Program-made: the position numbers and the translations under genes | Origin: an uncultured Megasphaera sp. | Lineage (GTDB): Bacteria; Bacillota; Negativicutes; Veillonellales; Megasphaeraceae | Direction of reading: 5' to 3' | NCBI GenBank assembly: GCA_964507845.1 | Contig: CAZDQW010000001.1 | Location: 76,702 to 140,701, forward strand | Length of the DNA: 64,000 nt | Part shown: positions 17,385 through 27,944 of the stretch, piece by piece | Layout: every line of letters starts with the position of its first letter | How positions within the stretch are numbered: the first letter of the stretch is position 1 | The notes under the pieces: generated by a model | What the model saw: only the letters and a program-made list of their open reading frames with translations | Database searches by the model: none | What the model was told of the DNA's origin: nothing

Positions 17385-18782
17385 ATGAATATGAACATAC
17401 TGCGCCGAAAATCCTTTGACGACTTGATGGCGCATACGGAAGAGAAAAAACTGGCTAAAGCACTGAATGCGTTCGACATTACCATGATGGGTCTGGGAAT
17501 CATCATAGGCACCGGTATTTTCGTATTGACCGGGATCGGCGCCGCCAAGTACGCCGGACCCGGATTGATGTTATCTTTCATATTAGCCGCCGTAACCTGT
17601 ACTTTCGTCTGCCTGGCCTATTCGGAGCTGGCTTCTTTCCTGCCTGTTTCGGGAAGTTCTTACACATATGCCTATGCATCGCTTGGAGAAATTTTCGGCT
17701 GGTGGGTAGGATGGAGCCTAATTTTGGAATATTCCGTCGGAGCCAGCGCCGTCGCCGGCGGATGGTCGGCCTACTTCGTTGAAATTCTCCGTTCCTGCGG
17801 CATTGAACTGCCTAAAGCGCTGACTACAGTACCTGCTGACGGCGGAATCATTAATTTGCCGGCAGTTTTAATCGTATTACTGACAACTGCCCTTTTGGTA
17901 ATCGGCGTGCGGGAAAGCGCTCGAGTAAACCGAATTCTCGTCTATGTAAAAATCGGCACCATTTTTTTATTCCTCTTCCTGGCTGGCCCGCATATTGAAC
18001 CGGCCAACTGGCATCCTTTCCTGCCGTACGGAGTTCAAGGCATTGCCACCGGAACAGCCGTCTTATTTTTTGCCTATTTAGGATTTGACGCTTTATCTAC
18101 GGCAGCGGAAGAAACAAAAAATCCAAAGCGGGATATGCCCATCGGCATCATTGCGGCGTTATCGATCTGCACGGCTCTGTATATCGCCGTATGTGCCGTC
18201 ATGACCGGAGTCGTTCCCTATCAAATGCTCGACACAGCAGCCCCGGCAGCTTATGTGCTGGAATATATCGGACTCAGACTGGGATCGGCTATCGTCGGCA
18301 CCGGCGCCCTTTGCGGATTGTCGACAGTCGTATTGTGCATGCTTTTTGCCCAGAGCCGGGCGCTGTATTCCATGAGCCGCGACGGCCTTATGCCGATGAG
18401 TCTGCATAAAGTTCACCCTAAATTCCACACGCCGTATATGATCCAAATTATCATTGGAATCCTCGTCGCCTGTATTACGGGATTTACGCCGATACATATC
18501 GTCGCTGAAACCTGCAGCGCCGGCACGATCTTTGCCTTTTTATGCTCCTGCATCGGGATTCTCGTACTGCGGCGGCTGTATCCCGACAAACCGAGAGGAT
18601 TTCGCTGCCCGGCAGTTCGAATTATTGCTCCGTTAGGATTTATTTTTTGTGCCTTCGTTTTTTCCCAGCTTTCCTGGCACACACTGGTCCTGTTCGCCGG
18701 ATGGTCCTGTTTGGGACTGCTGATTTACCTGCTGTATGGTTACAGACATAGTGAACTGAACAAACCGGAAAAAAATAATTAA
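17385..18782 (+). CDS. APC-family amino acid permease (YfnA/cationic amino acid type)
   Basis: GLGIIIGTGIF, YSELAS, GSSYTY, FFAYLGFDAL, EETKNPKRD, SRDGL. Confidence 0.92.
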   Translation: MNMNILRRKSFDDLMAHTEEKKLAKALNAFDITMMGLGIIIGTGIFVLTGIGAAKYAGPGLMLSFILAAVTCTFVCLAYSELASFLPVSGSSYTYAYASLGEIFGWWVGWSLILEYSVGASAVAGGWSAYFVEILRSCGIELPKALTTVPADGGIINLPAVLIVLLTTALLVIGVRESARVNRILVYVKIGTIFLFLFLAGPHIEPANWHPFLPYGVQGIATGTAVLFFAYLGFDALSTAAEETKNPKRDMPIGIIAALSICTALYIAVCAVMTGVVPYQMLDTAAPAAYVLEYIGLRLGSAIVGTGALCGLSTVVLCMLFAQSRALYSMSRDGLMPMSLHKVHPKFHTPYMIQIIIGILVACITGFTPIHIVAETCSAGTIFAFLCSCIGILVLRRLYPDKPRGFRCPAVRIIAPLGFIFCAFVFSQLSWHTLVLFAGWSCLGLLIYLLYGYRHSELNKPEKNN

Positions 18783-18828
18783 CAATACCCTCCTTACCGG
18801 ATGATCCGGCAAGGAGGGTATTGTTTTT
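18782..18828. terminator. Bidirectional terminator
   Basis: CAATACCCTCCTT..CCGG/CCGG..AAGGAGGGTATTG between convergent genes. Confidence 0.8.
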
Positions 18829-18873
18829 CCATGATATTTTTTTACTGCGGGGAAATTTCTCACATCGACTGTA

Positions 18874-21165
18874 CTATGCTTTATGGCGGTTCCGATTAAA
18901 ATTAATCAAGCATCCTGCCTTGATGATTTCTTTTTCATCTTCCGTCATGTCCGCAACGTACAACGATATTTCCTTCATGGTTTTGCCGACAACATACGCT
19001 TTGATATGCTGCATATCGCCGTCAAGCGCTTTCTTGATATCCGGTATAAAGATATAGTCGCCTACTTCAAAATCCGGTTCATCCTTCATCTGGAACGGAA
19101 GCATTCCCCAATTGATGACATTGGAACGATACCGTTTTGTTGCATACTCCCGGCAAATATTTGCCAGACCGCCGAGAACGCGCTGGCAGCTGGCAGCTTG
19201 TTCTCTTGCCGATCCGTCCCCCGGTCTGACGCAGTAAATAACGCTGCCGATTTCCGTTTTCGCCATGTCGGCATCTGAAAATGCTTCCTGTATTTTATCA
19301 AATACCTCTTTCAGCGACGCATCGGCCGCTACGGGGCATTGTCCGGCCAAACGGGTCCGTTCAACGGCATCGACGGCTTTTGCTCTCCCAACATATGCAG
19401 GGTCGCGTCGGGACAGCGTAAACTCAGCCAGTCCCAGAGGATTGGAACGATATGATGACGTTTCGCCTGACGGAATAAGTTCATCCGTCGTCGTAACGGC
19501 ATCCATGATTTTAGAACATACTTTAAGTAAAATATCATCAGCCAGCGCTTCCATCGCAGGCCAATCTTTTATATTGGGACCATATACAAGTTCTTGTTGC
19601 TCGTCGGCGCTGCCGAATCCTTGATATATCCTGGCTTCATAAGAGGAATTATCATACTCATAAAACGGTTCAACATAATCGTCCAAATACCCTTCCGCCG
19701 ACGTAAGAACGCCGCCGTTCGCAGCCGTAGCAGCAATGGAACGAGCGTCCATAAGAGCTACTGCTGAAAACTGGCCATTCCCCGGCTTGGAACCTTCGCG
19801 ATTCGGGAAATTACGCGTCGTATGACGGATACTGAATGCATTATTAGCCGGCGTGTCGCCGGCGCCAAAACAGGGGCCGCAAAAAGCCGTCTTGAATACA
19901 GCGCCGGCAGCTAACAGATCGGCAATAGCTCCTTTTCGTACCAAATCCATATATACGGGCTGTGACGACGGGTAAACATCCAATGTAAACATATCCGAAC
20001 CGCAGCTGGCATTTTTCAGGATATGCGCCGCAGCCATAATATTTCCGTAGTTGCCGCCTGCGCAGCCGGCGATAATGCCCTGCTGCACACAGAGCTTTCC
20101 ACGAACAATCTTATCGGTCAAACTGTAATGAAGTTCCGGATTACTCATTCGTTTATTGATATTTTCTTCTGTTTCGTGAAGGATGTCATATAAATTTTCA
20201 TTCAGTTCGTCAATCGTAAAGGCGTTGCTCGGATGCATGGGCATAGCGATCATAGGTTTTATCTTGCTGAGATCTACATAGATGACGCCGTCATAATAGG
20301 CTACGTCGGCAGGATTGAGCTCTTTATAGTCCTGCGGCCTGCCATGCTGCGTCAGATAGGCTTTCGTATCGTCATCAGTCCGCCACACCGACGATAAACA
20401 TGTCGTTTCTGTCGTCATGACGTCAACACTGTTTCGGTAATCCGTATTCATCGACGAAACGCCGGGCCCGATAAATTCCATGACTTTATTTTTTACATAT
20501 CCGTTTTTAAACACGGCGCCGACAATGGCTACGGCAATATCATGGGGCCCTGCGGCGGGACTTGGTTTTCCTGTCAAGTATACGGCCACGACACCGGGAT
20601 ATGCCACATCATATGTGTCGCGCAGGAGCTGCTTAACCAGCTCGCCGCCGCCTTCGCCGACAGCCATGGTACCGAGCGCTCCATAGCGCGTATGACTGTC
20701 GGAGCCGATGATCATCTTTCCGCAGCTGGCCATTTTTTCACGCATATACTGATGGATAACGGCAATATGAGGAGGTACGAAAATACCTCCGTATTTTTTA
20801 GCCGCCGATAAGCCGAAAACATGATCATCTTCGTTAATGGTACCGCCGACGGCACATAAAGAATTATGACAGTTTGTCAGCACATACGGCAAAGGAAATG
20901 TTTCCATTCCGGATGCTTTCGCTGTCTGAATAATCCCTACAAACGTAATATCATGAGACGCCATGGCATCAAATTTTATTTTTAACCGCTCCATCGAACC
21001 GGATGTATTATGGGCCTTTAAAATGGAATACGCGATTGTTCCCTTACGGGCTTCTTCTTTATCTGCCGGTTTTCCCGTAAGCTGCTTTACTTTTTCCGCA
21101 TCCTTTTCAGCCACTAATTCCGTACCGTGTACTAAATACGCACCGCCTTCATATAATTGAATCAT
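18874..21165 (-). CDS. Aconitate hydratase (YbhJ-like aconitase family)
   Basis: SHDIT, GSDSHTR, [4Fe-4S] ligands IAGCAGG and [16 protein letters not shown], swivel domain TTDELIPSG and [10 protein letters not shown]. Confidence 0.9.
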   Translation of the reverse strand: MIQLYEGGAYLVHGTELVAEKDAEKVKQLTGKPADKEEARKGTIAYSILKAHNTSGSMERLKIKFDAMASHDITFVGIIQTAKASGMETFPLPYVLTNCHNSLCAVGGTINEDDHVFGLSAAKKYGGIFVPPHIAVIHQYMREKMASCGKMIIGSDSHTRYGALGTMAVGEGGGELVKQLLRDTYDVAYPGVVAVYLTGKPSPAAGPHDIAVAIVGAVFKNGYVKNKVMEFIGPGVSSMNTDYRNSVDVMTTETTCLSSVWRTDDDTKAYLTQHGRPQDYKELNPADVAYYDGVIYVDLSKIKPMIAMPMHPSNAFTIDELNENLYDILHETEENINKRMSNPELHYSLTDKIVRGKLCVQQGIIAGCAGGNYGNIMAAAHILKNASCGSDMFTLDVYPSSQPVYMDLVRKGAIADLLAAGAVFKTAFCGPCFGAGDTPANNAFSIRHTTRNFPNREGSKPGNGQFSAVALMDARSIAATAANGGVLTSAEGYLDDYVEPFYEYDNSSYEARIYQGFGSADEQQELVYGPNIKDWPAMEALADDILLKVCSKIMDAVTTTDELIPSGETSSYRSNPLGLAEFTLSRRDPAYVGRAKAVDAVERTRLAGQCPVAADASLKEVFDKIQEAFSDADMAKTEIGSVIYCVRPGDGSAREQAASCQRVLGGLANICREYATKRYRSNVINWGMLPFQMKDEPDFEVGDYIFIPDIKKALDGDMQHIKAYVVGKTMKEISLYVADMTEDEKEIIKAGCLINFNRNRHKA

Positions 21166-21473
21166 CGTATCTCTCCTTTACTGCGTCATATTCTGATTCA
21201 CTCTGCAACTTTCTTATCCTGAAATTTACGCAAATAATTTTCACAATATAAAAACTTTTTTTCAATATACATCTTATTATATCATAATTATTCTTACACT
21301 GACTACCCTTCATTGTTTATTTGCTATCATTCTTTATATTTTATTTTTCCCATAATTATGCTATAATAACTTATGCTCTTCACAAGAGAACACCGTTTTT
21401 CGGTAGAAGAATTTTTATAAATATCAGAGAATAATTAAAAGTATTGCTGTTTATGAGAAAGTGAGGAATCATT

Positions 21474-22814
21474 TTGGACAATAATATTTATTTAGCCCAA
21501 TTTTACGGTAAGTCCCAAAATTATACACAGATTCCCCGTGAATGGTTTTCAAAATACGGCGTCAAAAGAGGGCTCCGAAACGAAGATCACACCGGTGTTC
21601 TCGTCGGCCTGACTCGAATTGCCGATGTCGTCGGCTATAAAAGAGACGCTGAAGGAAATAAAATAGACTGCGACGGCATATTATATTATCGCGGCATTGA
21701 CGTGCAGGATTTGATAAAAAAGGAAAAGTATAACGGATACTTATACGAAGAAGCCTGTTTTCTTCTGTTGTTCGGCTATCTGCCGACGCGGGAAGAACTG
21801 AATTCATTCTGTACTATCCTGCAGGACAACTACGATCTTCCCGATGATTTTCTGGAAATGAATCTTCTGCGCCTTCCCGGCAAAAATTTAATGAATAAAT
21901 TGCAGCATTCGCTCATTACGTTATACAACTACGACGAAGATCCTGATAATACGGACGTGTATCAGACTCTTCGCAAAGGCCTTAATATCCTGAGCAAGAT
22001 GCCTTCCATTGCCGTTTACGCATATATGTCCAAAATTCATTACTATAATCGTCAAAGTCTGGTTATTCATTATCCCCGCAAAGATTATTCCACAGCGGAA
22101 AATATTTTGTCCATGCTCCGCCTTGACGGAACCTTTACTCCAAAAGAAGCGCAGCTTCTCGATCTGCTCCTCTTCCTTCACGCCGATCACGGCGGCGGCA
22201 CCAACTCAACGTTTACGAACGTCGTTGTCTCGTCAACCAATACAGACCTCTATTCCAGCATGGCCAGTTCTATCGGCGCCTTAAAAGGACCTCGTCACGG
22301 CGGCGCCAACGTCCGCGTTTCTCAAATGATGGAAAACATCATGGACGCTATAGGAACCCGAGCCACGGATGCGCAGATAAAAGACGTCATCGAACGGATC
22401 CTCCACGGCCAATTCCGCCATCAGGATAAGTTAATTTACGGATTCGGCCATGCCGTTTATACATTATCGGATCCGCGGGCTGAAATTATGCGCCATTACT
22501 GCGGCACGCTGGCGGCAGAGAAAAACATGGAGGATATTTACGAGTTCTACACGAGATTTGAAAAAATTGCCGCAAAAACATTAAGTGAAGAAAAAAATGC
22601 CAACATGTGCAGCAACGTCGATTTCTACAGTGGTTTTGCCTATCACATGCTCGGTATTCCCCGAGACTTATATACGCCGCTGTTCGTCATCAGCCGTATG
22701 GTAGGCTGGCTGGCACACAATATCGAACATAAGCTTTACGACAACCGCATTGTCCGGCCGGCGGCCAAGTACGTCGGAGAATTGATGGATTACACAGCGA
22801 TGGAGGACAGATAA
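21474..22814 (+). CDS. gltA: Citrate synthase (Si-type)
   Basis: YYRGIDV, HADHGGG, GPRHGGAN, GFGHAVY and NVDFYSG catalytic residues. TTG start. Confidence 0.9.
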   Translation: MDNNIYLAQFYGKSQNYTQIPREWFSKYGVKRGLRNEDHTGVLVGLTRIADVVGYKRDAEGNKIDCDGILYYRGIDVQDLIKKEKYNGYLYEEACFLLLFGYLPTREELNSFCTILQDNYDLPDDFLEMNLLRLPGKNLMNKLQHSLITLYNYDEDPDNTDVYQTLRKGLNILSKMPSIAVYAYMSKIHYYNRQSLVIHYPRKDYSTAENILSMLRLDGTFTPKEAQLLDLLLFLHADHGGGTNSTFTNVVVSSTNTDLYSSMASSIGALKGPRHGGANVRVSQMMENIMDAIGTRATDAQIKDVIERILHGQFRHQDKLIYGFGHAVYTLSDPRAEIMRHYCGTLAAEKNMEDIYEFYTRFEKIAAKTLSEEKNANMCSNVDFYSGFAYHMLGIPRDLYTPLFVISRMVGWLAHNIEHKLYDNRIVRPAAKYVGELMDYTAMEDR

Positions 22815-22816
22815 CC

Positions 22817-23812
22817 ATGAAAACGATCACCGTCTTTAAAGGCGACGGCATTGGCCCTGAAATTACAGATGCCGTCATTAATATTTTACAAGCAGCGGAT
22901 GCGCCTTTGGCCTATGAATTTTTTAACGTCGGCGCCGCTGAATATGAAAAAAACGGCGAACTAATTCCCGAAGCCGCTTTTGCATCCTTTGAAAGGACAA
23001 AAGTTCTCTTAAAATCACCGATTACGACGCCTGTCGGCAGCGGGTTCCGTTCCCTAAACGTAACGCTTCGCAATAAGTACGACTTATACGCCAACATCAG
23101 GCCGGCAAAATCAAATGCCGCCGTTTCTACGCCCTTTCCCGACATAGATATTGTGACATTCCGTGAAAATACGGAAGACCTCTATATCGGCGCCGAATAC
23201 AAAATGAATGAAGATACGGTACAAGCCGTCAAGCTTATTACGCGCAAAGCCAGCGAACGTATCATCCGCGCTGCTTTTGAATACGCCGCCGCCAACGGGC
23301 GAAAAAAAGTAACCTGTGTCCATAAAGCCAATATCTTAAAAATGAGCGACGGCATGTTCCTCCGAATTTTTAAAGAAATTGCCGGCGATTATCCCAACAT
23401 TGAAAGCGACGACAAAATTGTCGACAATACATGTATGCAGCTTGTCATGTATCCTCAAAATTTTGACGTCTTGGTCATGCCGAATCTGTACGGAGACATC
23501 GTATCCGACCTGACAAGCGGCCTCATCGGAGGTCTCGGTTTGCTTCCATCCATGAACGTCGGCCACGAGTATGCCATGTTTGAAGCTGTTCACGGCAGCG
23601 CTCCCGACATTGCCGGAAAGCACATTGCCAATCCGACGGCATTGCTTTGGTCCGCCTGCCTGATGCTGGATTATATCGGCGAAACGGCTGTTTCAGCCAA
23701 TATCCGCCGGGCCGTCGATACTGTATTGGCTGAAAAACTTCACCTGACGCCTGACCTCGGCGGAACTGCCAAAACCGAAGAATACTGCGACGCCGTTATT
23801 TCTCATTTATAA
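22817..23812 (+). CDS. icd: Isocitrate dehydrogenase (NAD-type, isocitrate/isopropylmalate DH family)
   Basis: GDGIGPEI, KSPITTP..FRSLNVTLR, FRENTED, VHKANI, NLYGDIVSDL, FEAVHGSAPDIAG. 2 bp after citrate synthase. Confidence 0.88.
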   Translation: MKTITVFKGDGIGPEITDAVINILQAADAPLAYEFFNVGAAEYEKNGELIPEAAFASFERTKVLLKSPITTPVGSGFRSLNVTLRNKYDLYANIRPAKSNAAVSTPFPDIDIVTFRENTEDLYIGAEYKMNEDTVQAVKLITRKASERIIRAAFEYAAANGRKKVTCVHKANILKMSDGMFLRIFKEIAGDYPNIESDDKIVDNTCMQLVMYPQNFDVLVMPNLYGDIVSDLTSGLIGGLGLLPSMNVGHEYAMFEAVHGSAPDIAGKHIANPTALLWSACLMLDYIGETAVSANIRRAVDTVLAEKLHLTPDLGGTAKTEEYCDAVISHL

Positions 23813-23838
23813 GAAAAAAACATTGCCCATCACGAACG

Positions 23839-23875
23839 AAAAAATTACCGTCTGCAAAACAGACGGTAATTTTTT
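23839..23875. terminator. Bidirectional terminator
   Basis: AAAAAATTACCGTCTG/CAGACGGTAATTTTTT. Confidence 0.85.
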
Positions 23876-23923
23876 CTGTATTTTTTACACGCTTTTGTAA
23901 ACCGAATCTGGAAATATTTTTTC

Positions 23924-25027
23924 TCATCGTCTTGCAAAAGCCGGAATAACTGACAATACATACTTGCTTAGAACAAGACAAATGACAAGGGATATGCTGC
24001 ACATGACAATGTATTTAAAAAATATATTTCCGTCCCAAGACCGCAAGAGCCATACCATACTCATAACGATAAACTGATGAACGTAATACACTCCGTACGA
24101 TAAGTAGGATAATTCCCGCCCGAATTTTCCGTAGGCGTTTCCCCAATAATAAAAAATAACTGACAAAAAAATAATGCTGATACTAACCATGGCACTGTGA
24201 AAAAATGCAAAGGAAAACTGGTAAAACATCGTACTATCAGGAGAAATCAGCAAACGAAACGCGATGTAGAAAATCGATGCAAAAACAAACAACACCGTCC
24301 ACCGCAGCGGATGCAGACAGCAAGCCTCCGTATCAAACCACCGGCAGCGCCATGCTGCTGCTCCGGCAAAAAAGGCAATAATATAAATCGGAGCCCGCGT
24401 CGGCTGGAAACATAAAATATAACCAGGATGAACCCACTGACTGTCCGAAAAGAAAAATAATGCTGCATTCATCAATATGGATGTCAAAAGTATAAAAAAG
24501 ACAGTCGTTTGAACCGTAAAATGTCGTTCTATCCGGAAGCAGATCATATCAGGGTATAAATGGGCGGCAGCATACAATATGGCATATAAAACCATGAGGA
24601 ATCCTAAAAACCAATAGTGCGCCTGCTGGTAAAAGACACCCCAAAAAAGATTTATATAAAAATCCTGAAAAGACATGGGAATATTCCGGCTGGCAATATA
24701 TAAATACGTAATGCACGGGGCAATAAAGAATGAACCGAAAAGCCACGGGAGGCCGATGCGCTTCCACTTTTCCGTCCAAAAATTTTCCCATCCTTTTTTA
24801 TGCAATGAAAGAACAGCAACGTACCCGGATACAAAAAACATGACAGGCATGATAAATGCATCAGCCCATATGACAAATATCGCAGCTGATATGCTTTCCT
24901 GCCTATCAATAACATACCACCATTCAGGAACGTAAGCCATATAAGACATCGCTCCATGAAATATGACGACCAGAGCAATAATACATGTCTTCAAGTTGTC
25001 TAAAAAAATCATCCTGTCCGTTTTCAT
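23924..25027 (-). CDS. Acyltransferase family 3 membrane protein (OpgC/MdoC-like)
   Basis: R-x-x-x-LDNLK..VVIFH, FIMPVMFFVSGY, KWKRIGLP, HYWFL, SYGVYYVH. About 10 TM helices. Confidence 0.85.
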   Translation of the reverse strand: MKTDRMIFLDNLKTCIIALVVIFHGAMSYMAYVPEWWYVIDRQESISAAIFVIWADAFIMPVMFFVSGYVAVLSLHKKGWENFWTEKWKRIGLPWLFGSFFIAPCITYLYIASRNIPMSFQDFYINLFWGVFYQQAHYWFLGFLMVLYAILYAAAHLYPDMICFRIERHFTVQTTVFFILLTSILMNAALFFFSDSQWVHPGYILCFQPTRAPIYIIAFFAGAAAWRCRWFDTEACCLHPLRWTVLFVFASIFYIAFRLLISPDSTMFYQFSFAFFHSAMVSISIIFLSVIFYYWGNAYGKFGRELSYLSYGVYYVHQFIVMSMVWLLRSWDGNIFFKYIVMCSISLVICLVLSKYVLSVIPAFARR

Positions 25028-25121
25028 ACGAGTTTCTCCCATCATAATGTTCTTTTATATAAGTATACCAACAAATAGAAAAAAATATACTTCCAGTTTC
25101 TCTGTTCGTCTGTTTCTGTAT

Positions 25122-25158
25122 AAAACACAGGGAGGGAGCCTTTCGGCTCCCTCCCTGC
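25122..25158 (-). terminator. Terminator of the liv operon
   Basis: 13-bp stem CAGGGAGGGAGCC-GAAA-GGCTCCCTCCCTG followed by UGUUUUA on the minus strand. Confidence 0.85.
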
Positions 25159-25201
25159 GTATAGAGGAAAATATGGGTATGAGATTGGTATCGTTTGGTA
25201 A

Positions 25202-26389
25202 TTACGGGTTGACTTTAGTAACAAAAGCCTGATTTCCGTCTTTGAAGGTCAAGATGACCGCCGATTTTACCGGGTCATGGAATTCGTTGTAGCTGATATT
25301 ACCGGAAACACCGTTGAAGTCTTTGAGTTGTTCCAAAGCTTCGCGTACTTTATCTTTATCATCACTGTTGGCATTTTTAATAGCTTGCGCCAAAATCATG
25401 ACGCTGTCATACGAAAGAGCTGCCGGAGAATCGGGTCTCAAGTTAAACATTTTCTGATAGTTCGCAACGAAATTCTGTACAACTTCCGATGTATCATCCG
25501 ATGAATAGTGGTTGCCGAAGTAGCAGTCTACCAAATTAGCTGCGCCGGCAATTTCAGCCAATTTTGCGCTGTCCCATCCGTCGCCGCCGACGATCGGAGC
25601 CGTAATGCCCATTTCACGAGCTTGCTTAATGATCATGCCGACTTCCTGATAGTAGCCGGGAACGAAAATAACGTCAGGATTTGCGGCTTTAATCTTCGTC
25701 AAAGCGGCTTTGAAATCCGTATCTTTCTGGAGGTAAGCTTCTGCTGCAACAATGCTTCCGCCGCCGTTTTCAAATCCTTCTATAAAGAATTTCTGAAGTC
25801 CTTTGGAATAATCGCTCGAGTTGTCAACGTAAACAGCAGCCGTTTTAGCGTTAAGTTCCTTCGCTACAAAATCAGCCATTACCTTTCCTTGGAACGTATC
25901 GATGAAAGCGCCGCGGAAAACATAGGGCCGCGTCTGATTCGTATCCGGATTAACGGTAATCGCCGGGTTCGTTCCGAAAGACGAAATCATCGGAATTTTT
26001 TCCTGGTCGGCTGTAGCAACGCAGGCCAGCGCGCAGCTCGATGTTTCAGGCCCAACAATGAACTGAGCCTCTTCATCTAACAGCTTCTGCATGGCGTTGA
26101 CGGCTTCCGTTGCTTCGCTCCGATTATCGCCGTAAACAACTTCAACTTTTTTGCCCAACAAACCGCCGGCATCATTGATTTCCTTTACGGCCAGCTCAAC
26201 GCCGTTTTTACCGGATATGCCGTACGATGCGCTGTTGCCGGTCATGGCCAAATTGGCGCCGATTTTAATGACGTCCGAATTACCGGAACTGCTGGAACTG
26301 CCGGAACTGCCGCAGCCGGTAAGTATAGCCGCAACGGATACTACAGTTAAAGCTGTCATTACGCATTTTTTCAAACTTCTTATTTTCAT
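25202..26389 (-). CDS. HAAT/branched-chain amino acid ABC transporter substrate-binding lipoprotein (LivJ/K family)
   Basis: Lipobox LTGC, Gly/Ser linker, IKIGANLAMTG, GDGWD, SYDSVMIL. Confidence 0.92.
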   Translation of the reverse strand: MKIRSLKKCVMTALTVVSVAAILTGCGSSGSSSSSGNSDVIKIGANLAMTGNSASYGISGKNGVELAVKEINDAGGLLGKKVEVVYGDNRSEATEAVNAMQKLLDEEAQFIVGPETSSCALACVATADQEKIPMISSFGTNPAITVNPDTNQTRPYVFRGAFIDTFQGKVMADFVAKELNAKTAAVYVDNSSDYSKGLQKFFIEGFENGGGSIVAAEAYLQKDTDFKAALTKIKAANPDVIFVPGYYQEVGMIIKQAREMGITAPIVGGDGWDSAKLAEIAGAANLVDCYFGNHYSSDDTSEVVQNFVANYQKMFNLRPDSPAALSYDSVMILAQAIKNANSDDKDKVREALEQLKDFNGVSGNISYNEFHDPVKSAVILTFKDGNQAFVTKVNP

Positions 26390-26462
26390 CGTGTACCCCT
26401 CCTACGAATATATAAATATAACATGATAATCCATGCTATATCCCTGTATGTTATAAATAGAG

Positions 26463-27173
26463 CTAACCGCCTAAATATACTCTCCGAACCTCTTCGCTTT
26501 CAGCCAGGTCCTTCGCTTTGCCCTGCAAGGATATGCTTCCCGTTTCAAGGACGTACGCATAATCGGAAATTGCCAGCGCCATGCGGGCATTCTGTTCTAC
26601 CAGCAGGACTGTCGTACCGCGATTATGAATTTCTTTTACCATATCGAATATTTCTTTTACTAAAATCGGCGCCAAACCCATGGACGGTTCATCCAGCAAA
26701 AGCAATTTCGGCTGACTCATCAACGCCCGTCCCATGGCCAGCATTTGCTGTTCGCCGCCGGATAATGTCCCTGCCGATTGGGAAATTCGTTCCCGAAGTC
26801 TGGGAAACCGTTCGAATATCGATTCCATAGTCTTGGATATTTCTTTTTTATCTTTCCGCGTAAACGCGCCCATTTCCAAGTTTTCACGAACGGACATATC
26901 GGCAAAAACACGCCGCCCTTCCGGACAATGAGATATGCCTATCTTTACGATAGATTCGGCACTGGTGCTTTGAATTGGTCTCCCCATAAAGGTAATGGAA
27001 CCGGTTTTTGACCGAAGCAGGCCGGAAATCGTCCGCAATGTCGTCGTTTTCCCTGCGCCGTTCGCCCCGATAAGGCTGACGATCTGCCCTTCTTCTACCG
27101 TAAGGCTGATTCCTTTCAGCGCATGAATAGCGCCATAGTATACATTGATATCATTCAATTCCAACATGCTCAT
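26463..27173 (-). CDS. livF: Liv-type ABC ATPase
   Basis: GANGAGKTT, PEGRRVF, LSGGEQQM, LLDEPSMGL. Confidence 0.93.
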   Translation of the reverse strand: MSMLELNDINVYYGAIHALKGISLTVEEGQIVSLIGANGAGKTTTLRTISGLLRSKTGSITFMGRPIQSTSAESIVKIGISHCPEGRRVFADMSVRENLEMGAFTRKDKKEISKTMESIFERFPRLRERISQSAGTLSGGEQQMLAMGRALMSQPKLLLLDEPSMGLAPILVKEIFDMVKEIHNRGTTVLLVEQNARMALAISDYAYVLETGSISLQGKAKDLAESEEVRRVYLGG

Positions 27174-27176
27174 ATA

Positions 27177-27944
27177 TCATACCTCCTCGCCTAAGTACGC
27201 CCGGATAACATCGGCGTTAGACTTGATTTCCTGCGGTATGCCTTTGGCCAATATTTTGCCGAATTCCAAAACGTAAAGCCGTTCGCAAATCCCCATAACC
27301 AGAGACATGTCATGTTCTATGAGCAGTATCGTCAAATTAAACCTCTTGCGTATTCCTTCAATCAGCGACATTAAATCGTTCGTTTCCTGCGGATTCATGC
27401 CGGCTGCCGGTTCATCAAGCAGCAGTAATTTCGGCCGCGCCGCCAAAGCTCTGGCAATTTCCAGCCGCCGCTGCAAGCCATACGGCAAACTTCCGGCCAA
27501 TTCGTCTTTTTTATCGTCCAGATGGAAAATCTTAAGCAAATCAACGGCTTCTTTTTCTATCCGTTCTTCTTCTTTTCCATACCGGCCGATACGCAGGATC
27601 GCTTCGGCAACATTGTATTTTACCAGATAACTGCAGGCAATTTTTACATTGTCCAGTACGGTCAAATTTCCGAACAAACGAATATTTTGGAAAGTCCGGG
27701 CAATACCGCGCTGCGTAATTTGATATGGTTTCATTCCCGTTAAATTCGTTCCGTCAAACTCAATCGTACCCGTCGTCGGCTGATACACTCCTGTCAGTAA
27801 GTTGAACGCCGTCGTTTTTCCCGCGCCGTTCGGACCAATGAGGCCTACCAGTTCACCCCGGTTCAATTCTATATTAAAATCCTGTACAGCTTTAATGCCG
27901 CCAAAGGAAATAGATACATTATTTGCTTTCAGCAACGGTTCCAT
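27177..27944 (-). CDS. livG: Liv-type ABC ATPase
   Basis: GPNGAGKTT, RTFQNIRLF, LPYGLQRRLE, LDEPAAG, IEHDM. Confidence 0.93.
   Translation of the reverse strand: MEPLLKANNVSISFGGIKAVQDFNIELNRGELVGLIGPNGAGKTTAFNLLTGVYQPTTGTIEFDGTNLTGMKPYQITQRGIARTFQNIRLFGNLTVLDNVKIACSYLVKYNVAEAILRIGRYGKEEERIEKEAVDLLKIFHLDDKKDELAGSLPYGLQRRLEIARALAARPKLLLLDEPAAGMNPQETNDLMSLIEGIRKRFNLTILLIEHDMSLVMGICERLYVLEFGKILAKGIPQEIKSNADVIRAYLGEEV

Noticed and set aside
26283-26311. 9-bp tandem repeat GGAACTGC(T/C) x3
   Set aside because: Encodes the ordinary Gly/Ser linker after the lipobox of the SBP; not evidently a contingency locus.
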